Assembly (NCBI GenBank): GCA_035532075.1
Contig: DATKRV010000003.1
Coordinates: 9,083 to 73,082 of the forward strand
Direction: 5' to 3'
DNA length: 64,000 nucleotides
From: Acidimicrobiales bacterium
GTDB lineage: Bacteria; Actinomycetota; Acidimicrobiia; Acidimicrobiales; Bog-793
Under the pieces are notes generated by a model that was given only the letters and a program-made list of their open reading frames with translations, ran no database searches and had not been told where the DNA came from. Position numbers and translations under genes: made by a program. Each line of letters begins with the position of its first letter. The stretch's first letter is position 1. Shown one piece after another: positions 28,881-38,382 of this stretch.

Positions 28881-29480
28881 TCAGGCGAACCTGCGATCGG
28901 GCACGAACCAGACCACCGAGACCAGCGCGTAGCACCCATAGGAGATCCACGGGCTGACAAAGGCAAATCCCACGCCAACCGCGTAGAGCAAGAGCGAGAT
29001 CTTGCCCTTGTGGTCATGTCCGATTGCCCGCGCGACCAAGGAGTTGGGAACATCCGCGCGGATGATCGAGCGGACAAGTGCCATGAATGCAACCGAGGAG
29101 GCGAGCGAGACGATGCCGTAGCTCGCGGCTGGCCAGGTGGATCTGTAGTACCGCGCGACCCATTCGGTTAGCACCGGAATGAGAGACAGCCAGAAGAGGA
29201 GGAAGAGGTTTGCCCACATTACCGCGGCGTTGATGCGGGTCGCCGCGCGAAGCAGATGATGGTGGTTGTTCCAGTAGATACCAAGAAAGGCAAAGCTGAG
29301 GATGTAGACGAGTACCTCAGGAAGACGCTGACTGAGCGAGTGGAAGCCAGGGCCGCTCGGAGAACGAAGTTCAAAGGCAGTAATGGTGATGAGCACGGCG
29401 AGCACGCTGTCGCTGAAGGCCTCGAGTCGACCGGTGCCCATCTCCGTTGGTTGCGCCGGTTTGGTGCGCCTCATCGCCAT
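28881..29480 (-). CDS. TMEM175/DUF1211-family membrane protein (putative K+ channel)
   Basis: GRLEAFSDSVLAVLITI contains the RxxxFSD signature. It has multiple TM helices and is 199 aa. Confidence 0.6.
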   Translation of the reverse strand: MAMRRTKPAQPTEMGTGRLEAFSDSVLAVLITITAFELRSPSGPGFHSLSQRLPEVLVYILSFAFLGIYWNNHHHLLRAATRINAAVMWANLFLLFWLSLIPVLTEWVARYYRSTWPAASYGIVSLASSVAFMALVRSIIRADVPNSLVARAIGHDHKGKISLLLYAVGVGFAFVSPWISYGCYALVSVVWFVPDRRFA

Positions 29481-29538
29481 CTGACCATTGTTGTCGCGTC
29501 AATGTCTCCGAGTGTGCTTTGTCAAAAACATTGCCCGC

Positions 29539-29602
29539 TGGTCACGTTGACTGGTGGTCATGTCAACTGGTGGTCACGTCAACTGGTGGTCACGTCAACT
29601 GG
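29539..29602. repeat. four head-to-tail copies of a 16-bp unit (TGGTCACGTCAACTGG)
   Basis: The copies are 29539 TGGTCACGTTGACTGG, 29555 TGGTCATGTCAACTGG, 29571 TGGTCACGTCAACTGG and 29587 TGGTCACGTCAACTGG. They lie in the divergent intergenic region between the genes at 28881..29480(-) and 29714..30067(+). Confidence 0.9.
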
Positions 29603-29713
29603 GCCTCATCGCGTCGGCAACACTGATCGGATGCGAACCTCCGTGACGAATCGGAGGAGAGTTGACGGTGATTTACCGTATCGCAGTGGTGGCCTGCCTA
29701 ACATTGTTCGTAT

Positions 29714-30067
29714 ATGTCATCAGAATCTGACTGTCTGTTCTGCAAGATCGTCGCAGGAGCAATACCCAGCACCGGAGTTTTCGAAGACGAACTCGTCGTT
29801 GCGTTTCGTGACATTGTCCCGGTCGCTCCGACTCATGTGCTGATCGTGCCGCGCCGCCATATCGTCGATGCAAGCACCATCGAGCGTGGCGACCAACCTG
29901 AGCTGATCGCGATGTTCCTCGCCGCAAAGGTCATCGCCCGCAACGAGGGGATCGATGAGAACGGTTATCGCCTGGCCTTCAATGTTGGTGACGACGCGGG
30001 CAACTCGGTGGCGCATCTGCACCTTCATCTGCTCGGTGGCCGCTTTCTCGCGTGGCCGCCCGGCTGA
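29714..30067 (+). CDS. HIT-family (histidine triad) nucleotide hydrolase
   Basis: Contains CLFCKIVAG and HLHLHLLGG (HxHxHxx). Confidence 0.85.
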   Translation: MSSESDCLFCKIVAGAIPSTGVFEDELVVAFRDIVPVAPTHVLIVPRRHIVDASTIERGDQPELIAMFLAAKVIARNEGIDENGYRLAFNVGDDAGNSVAHLHLHLLGGRFLAWPPG

Positions 30068-30139
30068 GTGCTATTCGCGAGACTGCCCCGTGTTGGGGGG
30101 CTCTCTCTGTTGTGGAGCGCGAATTGACCGGGGAGCTCC

Positions 30140-30964
30140 CTATTCGGCGACGCAGACGTTGAGGCACTCCCCGAGTCCCTCGACGACCGTGCGTACCTTC
30201 GTGCCCGGCGCGAGGTAGTGCGGCGGGACCTGAGCGTCGCCGACACCTCCGGTAGTGCCAGTCGCGATGATGTCTCCGGGCATCAAGGTGGTGATCTCGC
30301 TGATGTACGAGACGATGTCGATTGGATTGAAGACGAGTTCGCGGGTGCGATCGATCTGCATCACGCGGTCATCGATCTCACATCGCACCTCGAGATCAAG
30401 TCCATAGTCGACCTCATCGGGAGTCACGAGGTATGGCCCGACTGGCGTGGTCTTTTCGAAGGTCTTTCCCTGGAGCCATTGAAGCGTTCTGCGCTGCCAG
30501 TCACGCATCGTGATGTCGTTCAGGGTGCAAAGGCCGCCGATGGCGGCGCGCGCTCCCCGTTGATCGACGTGGCGCGCAAGGCTTCCGATTACGACACCGA
30601 GTTCGACCTCCCAGTCGGGACAGCTCGCGTTCTTCGGAAGGACAATTTCGTCATTCGCCCCGATCAAAGCATTGGTGAACTTTGCGAACAGCGTTGGAAA
30701 GTTCGGGAGTTCCTGACCCCGTTCACGGATGTGACTTTTGTAGTTGAGGCCGACGCAGATGATCTTTGAAGGGCGCGGAACAAGCGTTGCAAAGTAGGCG
30801 TCCTTCTTCGCATAGGTCGCCCCCGATTCATCTTGTGCAGAGCGGGCGAGATCGCCCGAGGCGAGGAGTTCGCCGACGTCTTGGAAGTTGAGCCCGACGA
30901 GCTGGTCTCCCTCTTCGCGCACGGCCTGTGTCCCTGACGCGGTCCTGACGGTCGCAAAGCGCAT
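30140..30964 (-). CDS. fumarylacetoacetate hydrolase (FAH) family protein
   Basis: Contains KIICVGLNYKSHI..., EVELGVVIG and PGDIIATGTTGGVG. Confidence 0.85.
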   Translation of the reverse strand: MRFATVRTASGTQAVREEGDQLVGLNFQDVGELLASGDLARSAQDESGATYAKKDAYFATLVPRPSKIICVGLNYKSHIRERGQELPNFPTLFAKFTNALIGANDEIVLPKNASCPDWEVELGVVIGSLARHVDQRGARAAIGGLCTLNDITMRDWQRRTLQWLQGKTFEKTTPVGPYLVTPDEVDYGLDLEVRCEIDDRVMQIDRTRELVFNPIDIVSYISEITTLMPGDIIATGTTGGVGDAQVPPHYLAPGTKVRTVVEGLGECLNVCVAE

Positions 30965-31141
30965 GATGCTCCTTTTGTTCGTTTTGTTCGAAAACCGTTC
31001 GAAAGTCCGTTCCGGGTCGTCTCCAGGATCAGATCTGACAGCTCCCTGGAAAATTCACGGTAGTACCCAACGATGGAGCATGGCGAACCCGAGTTGCGGC
31101 CGATCTACGAAGGCACGCCTCGAAAGGTTCCGTTGAGAATG

Positions 31142-31170
31142 ACAGAACCCCTGCCACTGGCAGGGGTTCT
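31142..31170 (-). terminator. stem-loop terminator candidate downstream of glnII
   Basis: There is a perfect 13-bp inverted repeat, CAGAACCCCTGCC-ACT-GGCAGGGGTTCTG, about 30 nt after the glnII stop. On the minus strand it is followed by TCATTCTC. Confidence 0.55.
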
Positions 31171-31199
31171 GTGAGCGAGCGAAGGGGGCCGGAAAAGAC

Positions 31200-32201
31200 T
31201 TACTTCGCTGCAGCTCCGCAGATGGTCTCGATGATGAGACCAGCTACGACGTAGGGGTCGATATTCGCGTTCGGCCGACGGTCTTCGATCCAACCCTTCT
31301 TGTCGACGCCGACCTGCCACGGGATACGCACCGATGCGCCGCGGTCCGAGGTTCCGTAATTGTAGGTGTGCCACGGGGCGGTCTCGTGTGCGCCGGTGAG
31401 CCGATCCTTGATCCCGTCTCCATAGGCGGCAATGTGCTCTTCGACCTTGGTTCCAAGTGCCTCGCACGCGGCGATGATCGGATCCCATCCCTCGCGCATT
31501 GCCTTGGTGGAGAAGTTGGTGTGCGCTCCTGCGCCGTTCCAGTCGCCCTTGACCGGCTTTGCGTCATAACTCACCTGTACGCCGTAGTCCTCGGCGATGC
31601 GTGCGAGCAGCCAGCGTCCCATCCAGAGGTGATCTCCAATCTCGGGCACGGTGCAGATACCGATCTGGAACTCCCACTGGCCCTTCATCACCTCGGCGTT
31701 CGTTCCCTCGATCTTGAGACCCGCGTCGATGCACGCCTGGGTGTGGCGCTCGATGATCTCGCGGCCGACCGCGAAGTCCGCACCGACGCTGCAGTAATAC
31801 GGGCCCTGGGGGGCCGGGTATCCAACCTCTGGCCAACCGAGCGGCCGACCCTCCTGAAAGAAGGTGTACTCCTGTTCGATGCCGAACATCGGCTCGTCTT
31901 TCGCGTACCTCTCGGCCGCGGCGACACAGGCGGCACGGGTATTGGTGACGTGCGCGGTGAAGTCCGGAAGGAGCACCTCACACAGCACCAGAACGTTCTT
32001 GCCACCCCGGATGGGGTCATGGCAAGAGAAGACGGGCCGCAACACGCAGTCCGAATTGCTTCCCGGAGCCTGGTTGGTACTCGAACCGTCGAAGCCCCAG
32101 ATTCCGGGCTCCTTGCCGTCGGCAATGATCTTTGTCTTACAGCGAAGTTGGGCGAATGGCTTGGTTCCATCCAGCCAGATGTACTCAGCTTGGTAGCTCA
32201 C
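31200..32201 (-). CDS. glnII: glutamine synthetase, type II
   Basis: The N-terminus reads MSYQAEYIWLDGTKPFAQLRCKTK. The 333-aa length and ...GAGAHTNFS... are typical of type II glutamine synthetase. Confidence 0.88.
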   Translation of the reverse strand: MSYQAEYIWLDGTKPFAQLRCKTKIIADGKEPGIWGFDGSSTNQAPGSNSDCVLRPVFSCHDPIRGGKNVLVLCEVLLPDFTAHVTNTRAACVAAAERYAKDEPMFGIEQEYTFFQEGRPLGWPEVGYPAPQGPYYCSVGADFAVGREIIERHTQACIDAGLKIEGTNAEVMKGQWEFQIGICTVPEIGDHLWMGRWLLARIAEDYGVQVSYDAKPVKGDWNGAGAHTNFSTKAMREGWDPIIAACEALGTKVEEHIAAYGDGIKDRLTGAHETAPWHTYNYGTSDRGASVRIPWQVGVDKKGWIEDRRPNANIDPYVVAGLIIETICGAAAK

Positions 32202-32330
32202 GTACCTCTCCTACGGGTCTCGTTGTTCTCGGTGACGCTACCGCCTGCCATGCCTGACTGGGGTGGCGCCTCTTACTCTCCGATGGCTTGCACCGGTCCC
32301 TTCATACGGCCATGAGCCTCTCATCAGAGC

Positions 32331-32357
32331 GTTTCATGATTGTGTCTGATTTGTGAA
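32331..32357 (-). promoter_or_regulatory. candidate GlnR-type operator upstream of glnII
   Basis: The minus strand reads TTCAC-n6-GACAC-n6-GAAAC. This resembles actinobacterial GlnR boxes (gTnAC-n6-GaAAC). It lies about 130 nt upstream of the glnII start. Confidence 0.3.
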
Positions 32358-32405
32358 CTGTAGATGAACTCGCGCCAGTCGGCTATTGCCAGTTTCGACT
32401 CGGGT

Positions 32406-33533
32406 TCAGGGCCGTCCAGCGCCGTATGCGCCTCCCCATAAGGGCGTGATCGCGACCGGCTGGCCATAATCGATCGCCTGGATCGCCTCGTTCTGGCCGA
32501 TGTACATCACGACGTGGTAGATGTACCCGCCCGAGGCGTAAAAGACGAGATCACCGGGTTGGAGCGCCGAGAGCGGGACATGGGGGATCGAGTCGTACTG
32601 CGCCTGAGCGCTGTGGGGCAGGTTGATCCCGGCCCTGCCCCAGGCCCACATCGTCAGCCCGGAGCAATCAAATCCTGAACCTGGAGTCGCTCCGCCCCAG
32701 AGATAGGGAACGCCGATCTGGGTCTGCGCGGCGCTGACCGCAGCGAGCCCTGCGCTGCTCGAACTGGTCGTGATCGCCACAGTCGTCACTGCCACCTGGG
32801 ACTGGGTCCTCGCGAGTTGATTCTTCGCTGTCGCTGCAGTCTGGGCGGCTGCCTTTGTCGCGGCCGCCTGCTGGAGAGCCTCCTCGGCAGCGAGCAGGGG
32901 GGCGAGTCGGCCATTCACGCTCGAAAGCGCCACACTCAGCTGTGCCTCGATGTTGGTGGCCGAGCTCCGGGACCCGGCAAGGAGGGTCGTCGTTCTGGTT
33001 GCCTCGTTCACCGAGATGGCGAGCGTCAGCTGTCTCATCGCGAGCCGGTGCTGATCGTTCTCGAGCTCACTGATCGAGGTGTTCAGGTCTCCAGCGGCGA
33101 CCTCGAGATAGGTCTGTTGCGCCGGCGCTGAGTTGGGGTTCGCGCCCGGCAGGGCCCCGGACTGCGACCCACCCTGGACATAGGTGTTGATCGCCTCGCG
33201 CACAATCGCCCGCTGATCTTTGTCGATGGTCGCCTGCAGCTGGCCGATCTCGATCCTTGCGCGAGCGATTCTTTGCGTGAGGAGATCTTTTTGGAGGAGC
33301 GTCTGGTTGTACTCCTCGGAGAGGATGCCGAGTCTGATGTTCATCGCATCGACCCTCGCCGCGAGCGCGGCGGCCTTGGACTTGAGTGTTGTGATGTTCT
33401 CCGCCTGTGCAGCGTGGCCTGGCCAGAGCCCAAGCGCGCCGATGATCATCAAGGTGACGAGCAACCTTGACAGCCGGCGAATCAAAACCTGCGGAGATGG
33501 CCGCGCGAGGGAGTGACATGTGCTGCGCACCAC
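32406..33533 (-). CDS. NlpC/P60-family peptidoglycan endopeptidase with N-terminal coiled-coil (RipA-like architecture)
   Basis: It has a signal/TM segment LLVTLMIIGALGLW and a long Q/A-rich coiled coil. The C-terminus reads GVPYLWGGATPGSGFDCSGLTMWAW...GDLVFY...HVVMYIG. Confidence 0.8.
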   Translation of the reverse strand: MVRSTCHSLARPSPQVLIRRLSRLLVTLMIIGALGLWPGHAAQAENITTLKSKAAALAARVDAMNIRLGILSEEYNQTLLQKDLLTQRIARARIEIGQLQATIDKDQRAIVREAINTYVQGGSQSGALPGANPNSAPAQQTYLEVAAGDLNTSISELENDQHRLAMRQLTLAISVNEATRTTTLLAGSRSSATNIEAQLSVALSSVNGRLAPLLAAEEALQQAAATKAAAQTAATAKNQLARTQSQVAVTTVAITTSSSSAGLAAVSAAQTQIGVPYLWGGATPGSGFDCSGLTMWAWGRAGINLPHSAQAQYDSIPHVPLSALQPGDLVFYASGGYIYHVVMYIGQNEAIQAIDYGQPVAITPLWGGAYGAGRP

Positions 33534-33675
33534 GGTGGTGCCGACCGTATCGGCCGAGCGCGCTCAAAGCAAGGCGGTGTCTTTTCGCCTGCTCGCGGCC
33601 CTGCGGGTAGCGTAAGTCGTGGGCAACCTCTCGGCGCAGTGCTGCGGGATCCCGAGCAGGTGAAAGGAACCGGCG

Positions 33676-35091
33676 ATGTCGAAATCTCAAGAACACACCC
33701 CGAATCCCGATGGAGAGTTTCGCATTGAACACGATTCCATGGGAGAGGTGCGTGTTCCCGCGCGTGCCAGATGGGGCGCGCAGACCCAGCGGGCAGTGGA
33801 GAACTTCCCGATCTCGGGGAGAAGCGTCGAGCCCTCGTTGATCGCGGCACTGGCGATGATCAAGGCAGAGGCGGCAAAGGTGAGCAACGAGTTCGGACTA
33901 ATCGAGCCAGATGTCGCCGAGGCGATCATCCATTCAGCCAACGAGGTGACGACGGGAATGTGGTTCGAGGAGTTTCCGATCGACGTCTACCAGACTGGAT
34001 CTGGCACATCGACGAACATGAACATGAACGAGGTGCTCGCCGATCTCGCCGGAGAGCGTCTTGGGCGGACGGTGAAGGCGAATGACGAGGTCAACGCGGC
34101 TCAGTCGTCGAACGACGTCTTTCCCTCTGCGATCCACCTTGCCGCGATGCTTGGGATCACGACGGATCTCATTCCGGCACTTCACCATCTCGCCTTTGCG
34201 CTGCGCACAAAATCAGAGCTGTGGAACGAGGTCGTCAAATCGGGACGGACACATCTCATGGATGCGACTCCAGTCACCCTTGGACAGGAGTTCGGTGGGT
34301 ACGGCGCGGCGATCGAATATGGTGTCGAACGCCTCGAGTCAAGTCTTTCGCGCATTGGTGAGTTGCCACTTGGTGGTACCGCTGTTGGTACGGGGATCAA
34401 TGCCCCGCATGGCTTTGCCCCGAAGATCATCGCAGGACTGAGAGCGCGCACGGGGCTTGATCTGACCGAGGCGCGGGATCACTTCGAGGCACAGGGGGCG
34501 CGTGACGCGCTCGTCGAAGCCTCTGGGATGCTGCGCACCATTGCGCTCTCGCTCTACAAGATCGCCAACGATCTTCGCTGGATGTCCTCTGGCCCTCGCT
34601 GTGGACTCGGCGAGATCCACCTTCCCGATCTTCAGCCCGGCTCGTCGATCATGCCCGGCAAGGTCAACCCGGTCGTCCCTGAGGCGGTCTGTCAGGTCGT
34701 CGCGCAGGTGATTGGAAACGATGCAGCAGTTGCCTTCGGGGGCTCTGCGGGAAACTTTGAACTGAACGTCATGTTGCCCGTCATCGGGCGTAATCTGCTC
34801 GAGTCGATCCGACTTCTTGCGTCGGTGAGCAGGGCCCTCGCGGACAAGTGTGTCGATGGCATCGAGGCCGACGTCGAGCGGTGCAAGAGCTACGCGCTCT
34901 CGTCGCCCTCGATCGCAACCTCGTTGAATCCCTATATCGGATACGAGAATGCGGCCAAGGTTGTCAAGATCGCACTTGCCGAGAACAAGGATCTTCGCAC
35001 GGTAGTGCTCGAGATGGGATTGCTCGGTGAGGACGAGGTCGACCGGGCGCTTGACGTTCTCGCGATGACCAGGGGCGGAATCGTCGGCTGA
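33676..35091 (+). CDS. fumC: class II fumarate hydratase
   Basis: Contains the [12 protein letters not shown] signature and [14 protein letters not shown]. The product is 471 aa. Confidence 0.95.
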   Translation: MSKSQEHTPNPDGEFRIEHDSMGEVRVPARARWGAQTQRAVENFPISGRSVEPSLIAALAMIKAEAAKVSNEFGLIEPDVAEAIIHSANEVTTGMWFEEFPIDVYQTGSGTSTNMNMNEVLADLAGERLGRTVKANDEVNAAQSSNDVFPSAIHLAAMLGITTDLIPALHHLAFALRTKSELWNEVVKSGRTHLMDATPVTLGQEFGGYGAAIEYGVERLESSLSRIGELPLGGTAVGTGINAPHGFAPKIIAGLRARTGLDLTEARDHFEAQGARDALVEASGMLRTIALSLYKIANDLRWMSSGPRCGLGEIHLPDLQPGSSIMPGKVNPVVPEAVCQVVAQVIGNDAAVAFGGSAGNFELNVMLPVIGRNLLESIRLLASVSRALADKCVDGIEADVERCKSYALSSPSIATSLNPYIGYENAAKVVKIALAENKDLRTVVLEMGLLGEDEVDRALDVLAMTRGGIVG

Positions 35092-35120
35092 ACGAGTCGG
35101 TCGAATGTCCGCCCGCTTCT

Positions 35121-36071
35121 TTGGTTAGCGTTGGTTTCATGCACGCAATCGAACGACTCCGCTCGATCGCACGTGCCGGTGAGGTCGAATCGACCGAACT
35201 CGCCGGCGAGGCCGCCTACGCGCTCGCAGGCCTTGCCGATGACCGCGCCGCGCTTGTTGGGTCGTGTCGCAGGTTGCTCGAATTTCATCCCCACGTCGGC
35301 GCGCTGTGGTGGGTCTGCGCGCATCTGATCGACGCTCTCGATGTTCGCTCCTGCGCTATCTCGCTTGTGAATCAACTTGAGGCAGACGCGAGCATCGATG
35401 AACTCTTCGCCTATCCGACCTCAGACGACCGGGTCGTTATCGAGAGCTCTCGTCAGATCGTGCGCGCGTTGTATGGTCGGGTCGATTTGACGGTACGACT
35501 CGTCGGTGATGGACGCAGTCTGCGACTCGGGGTGCGTGCCTTCGGTGATTCGATTGCCCCGGTCGGGGCCTATCAGGTGAACGAGAGCGAGCTTGCCCTG
35601 CGCGATGCGACGCTCGTCGTCGTCGAGGCGCTTGCCGTGAGCCAGAACGGCATCTTGATGAACCGGGCGGGTGCCCGGTTGGCAAGGCTCGCCGAAGACC
35701 GTGGACTCGCGCTCGTCGTTCTCGCCGGTGTTGGACGTGTGCTGCCAGAGGACCTGTTTGGCGCGATGCTGAACCTCGGTCGCGCGCTCCATGAGAAAGA
35801 CGGGGACCGGCTCCGGGGCTCACGCCAACAACCAGGTGGGGACTTTTTTGACGGACCTTCCGGCACCGAGGAGATCGATGCGGTCCGTGACGATGACGGC
35901 GAGTTTGTATTGCGTAATCGGCGCGTGATCCACGTCGATCCTGCAGTTCGCTATGTCACTCCGCGGGGAGTCCGTGCGGCTGGAGTGGTCTTTCATCCAA
36001 GCCCTTCGGTCTCGCATCTTGACTGCCCAGTCCCCGACGAGTTGCTGTCTGGCTTTGGTGTGACCGGTTAG
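35121..36071 (+). CDS. hypothetical protein, distantly eIF-2B alpha/beta/delta-related (IF-2B family-like)
   Basis: DRVVIESSRQIVRAL and DATLVVVEALAVSQNGILMNRAGARLARLAEDRGLALVVLAGVGRVLPE resemble the IF-2B Rossmann core. The match was made by eye only. Confidence 0.4.
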   Translation: MVSVGFMHAIERLRSIARAGEVESTELAGEAAYALAGLADDRAALVGSCRRLLEFHPHVGALWWVCAHLIDALDVRSCAISLVNQLEADASIDELFAYPTSDDRVVIESSRQIVRALYGRVDLTVRLVGDGRSLRLGVRAFGDSIAPVGAYQVNESELALRDATLVVVEALAVSQNGILMNRAGARLARLAEDRGLALVVLAGVGRVLPEDLFGAMLNLGRALHEKDGDRLRGSRQQPGGDFFDGPSGTEEIDAVRDDDGEFVLRNRRVIHVDPAVRYVTPRGVRAAGVVFHPSPSVSHLDCPVPDELLSGFGVTG

Positions 36072-36195
36072 GCGATGGGAACTCTCGCGGGAGAACGAGT
36101 CGCTCTGCCCAACTAGCCTTTTGGATCGAGCGCGGCTCGACCGGACGGAGGGACGAGTGGCAAAGGTGACCGAAGCAGGTGATTGACACAGATGG

Positions 36196-37446
36196 ATGAC
36201 ACAGATGGATGAGAGTGGCGTGATCGCGCAATATCTCGAACTCGGACTTCGTGTCGGGCGACACATTGAGGGCTTTGTCGACTCCTACTACGGACCTTTG
36301 GAGATCGCGAATCGGATCGCCGTCGAATCGGTGCGTGCTCCTGAGCTGCTCCGCCATGATGCCCGTGCCCTGGTTGGCGCGATCGACTCCGGTGATGCGC
36401 TCGGCAGCGTCGCTTACGGACAAGAGGTCAGTCCAGAGACCCCCGGGCGACGTAGGTATCTCCGGTCTCAGCTCGTCGGAGTCGAGATGACGACCAGGGT
36501 GCTCTCCAACGAGGCGGTCGATTACGCGGACGAGGTTGAGGCCTGTTATGGCGTGCGTCCAAAGCGCGTTCCCGAGGAGATGATTCTCGAGACGCACCGG
36601 AACCTTGATCTGGTGATGCCAGGATCGGGCCCGTTGCGTGATCGTCTTATTGCGTGGCGCGAGGCGCAGGCGATCGAACCTGCAAAACTTGGACGCGCAG
36701 TCGCGTCACTTTGTGAGGATCTTCGCGCGAGAACCGACTTGATGTTCGGTCTTCCGGGGGGCGAAAGCATCGAATTCGAATATGTGAACAACAAACCGTG
36801 GTCCGGGTTCAACTACTACCTCGGTGGACTCCGGTCGCGCGTCGCGATCAATATCGATCTCCCGGTACTCTCGACCATGCTTGCGCGCCTTGTCGCGCAC
36901 GAGGCCTATCCCGGACATCACACCGAACACTCGCGAAAAGAGGCAGGTCTCGTGCGAACTCGACATCAGTACGAAGAGTCGATCTCCCTCGTCGGTACAC
37001 CGCAGTGTCTGATCGCGGAGGGACTCGCTGATCTCGGACTTGAAGTTGTGATGGGAATCCGTCCTGAAGCGGTGATTGCGGAACATTTTCAACCTCTTGG
37101 CATCAGCTACGACGAGGAGGTGATTGCCGTCGTCGCAGCGGCGAGCGATGTCCTTTCTTCGGTGCGGGCGAACGCTGCGTTCCGTCTGCATGAGGATCAC
37201 GCGGATCCCGAGACGGTCATCGATGAGATCGCGTACTTTGGTCTCCAGCCAAGGGCACGAGCAGCGAAGTCGATTGAATTCCTGCTCGATCCGACCTGGC
37301 GCGCCTATACCTCGTGTTATGTCGAAGGGCTCCCGCTGTGTCGCAACTACGTCGCTGGTGACGCGCGTCGCTTTGAGCGTCTCATCACGGAACAGGTCAT
37401 CCCCGCCGATCTCATTTCGGCACTCCCGATGGGCAACAAGGCGTAG
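36196..37446 (+). CDS. DUF885-like putative metallopeptidase
   Basis: RLVAHEAYPGHHTEHSRKE matches the HE-x-x-PGHH motif of DUF885. The start may be ATG 36196 or ATG 36205. Confidence 0.55.
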   Translation: MTQMDESGVIAQYLELGLRVGRHIEGFVDSYYGPLEIANRIAVESVRAPELLRHDARALVGAIDSGDALGSVAYGQEVSPETPGRRRYLRSQLVGVEMTTRVLSNEAVDYADEVEACYGVRPKRVPEEMILETHRNLDLVMPGSGPLRDRLIAWREAQAIEPAKLGRAVASLCEDLRARTDLMFGLPGGESIEFEYVNNKPWSGFNYYLGGLRSRVAINIDLPVLSTMLARLVAHEAYPGHHTEHSRKEAGLVRTRHQYEESISLVGTPQCLIAEGLADLGLEVVMGIRPEAVIAEHFQPLGISYDEEVIAVVAAASDVLSSVRANAAFRLHEDHADPETVIDEIAYFGLQPRARAAKSIEFLLDPTWRAYTSCYVEGLPLCRNYVAGDARRFERLITEQVIPADLISALPMGNKA

Positions 37447-37449
37447 ACC

Positions 37450-38382
37450 GTGTCTGATCACAGCCGCGCCCGAGCTCGTCGGTCCGTCCTCGCGGTTCCG
37501 GGATCAAGTGAGCGGTTCCTCGACAAGGCAGCAGGACTTGACGCGGACATGGTGCTGCTCGACCTCGAAGACGCGGTCGCACCGAGTGAGAAAAAAAGCG
37601 CACGCGAGAAGGTGGTGCGCGCGATCCGTGAGTTGGACTGGGGAGACAAGATCGTCGGTGTCCGCCTCAACGCGTTCTCGAGCCCCTATACCGTGAGCGA
37701 CATCACCGAGGTCGTCGGCGCGGCTGGGAGCCGGTTGGATCTTGTCGTGTTGGCAAAGACCGAGCGCGCCAGCGAGATCGTCGCAGTCGATTTGATCCTC
37801 ACCCAGGTTGAGCAGGGAGCCGGGCTCGATGTTGGACACATCGGGATCGAGGCACTCATCGAGACCGCCCGCGGAGTGTCAAACGTTGCGACGATCGCGG
37901 GCGCCTCACCGCGTCTTGAGGCGATTGCATTTGGTCCTGGTGATCTCGCGGCATCGCTCGGTATGCCGATTACGGTCGTCGGTGACGAAATCGAGGGATA
38001 TCCGGGAGACCACTACCATGCCGTGTGCATGTCGTTGCTCATTGCCGCAAGGACCAATGGTCTCTTCGTCATCGATGGACCATTCCATGGACTCGGCGAT
38101 CTCGATCGGCTCGGCAATCTCGCGAGGAGGACGCGTGCGCTCGGTTTTGACGGAAAGTGGGCGATTCATCCCGAGCAGATTGCGGTACTCAATGCGGTCT
38201 ACTCTCCGACCGAGGCAGAGATCGCGAGAGCGAACGAGATGCTCGAAGCGATCGGCCACGCAGCCGAGGTCGATGGCAGGGGTGCGATCCGCCATGGCGG
38301 AGAGATGTTCGATGAGGTGAATCGCAAAACGGCGCTCTCTGTTCTTGCACGGGCACGACGGGCGGATCCGGGGGCATTATGA
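37450..38382 (+). CDS. HpcH/HpaI aldolase / citrate lyase beta subunit-like (CitE family) protein
   Basis: Contains RRSVLAVPGSSERFLDKAAGLDADMVLLDLEDAVAP and ...IEALIETARGV... Confidence 0.8.
   Translation: MSDHSRARARRSVLAVPGSSERFLDKAAGLDADMVLLDLEDAVAPSEKKSAREKVVRAIRELDWGDKIVGVRLNAFSSPYTVSDITEVVGAAGSRLDLVVLAKTERASEIVAVDLILTQVEQGAGLDVGHIGIEALIETARGVSNVATIAGASPRLEAIAFGPGDLAASLGMPITVVGDEIEGYPGDHYHAVCMSLLIAARTNGLFVIDGPFHGLGDLDRLGNLARRTRALGFDGKWAIHPEQIAVLNAVYSPTEAEIARANEMLEAIGHAAEVDGRGAIRHGGEMFDEVNRKTALSVLARARRADPGAL

Noticed and set aside
29539-29602. A possible CRISPR array
   Set aside because: The 16-bp units are directly adjacent with no spacers. There are only 4 copies and no cas genes, so I called it a tandem repeat.
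30068-30139. Short GC hairpins (GCCCC-gtgtt-GGGGGC, GGAGCTCC) between the convergent HIT and FAH genes
   Set aside because: The stems are only 4 to 5 bp and lack a T-tract. This is too weak to call a terminator.
31368-32315. A 315-aa ORF antisense to glnII
   Set aside because: The opposite-strand glutamine synthetase II is clearly real, and this frame has the composition of a shadow ORF.
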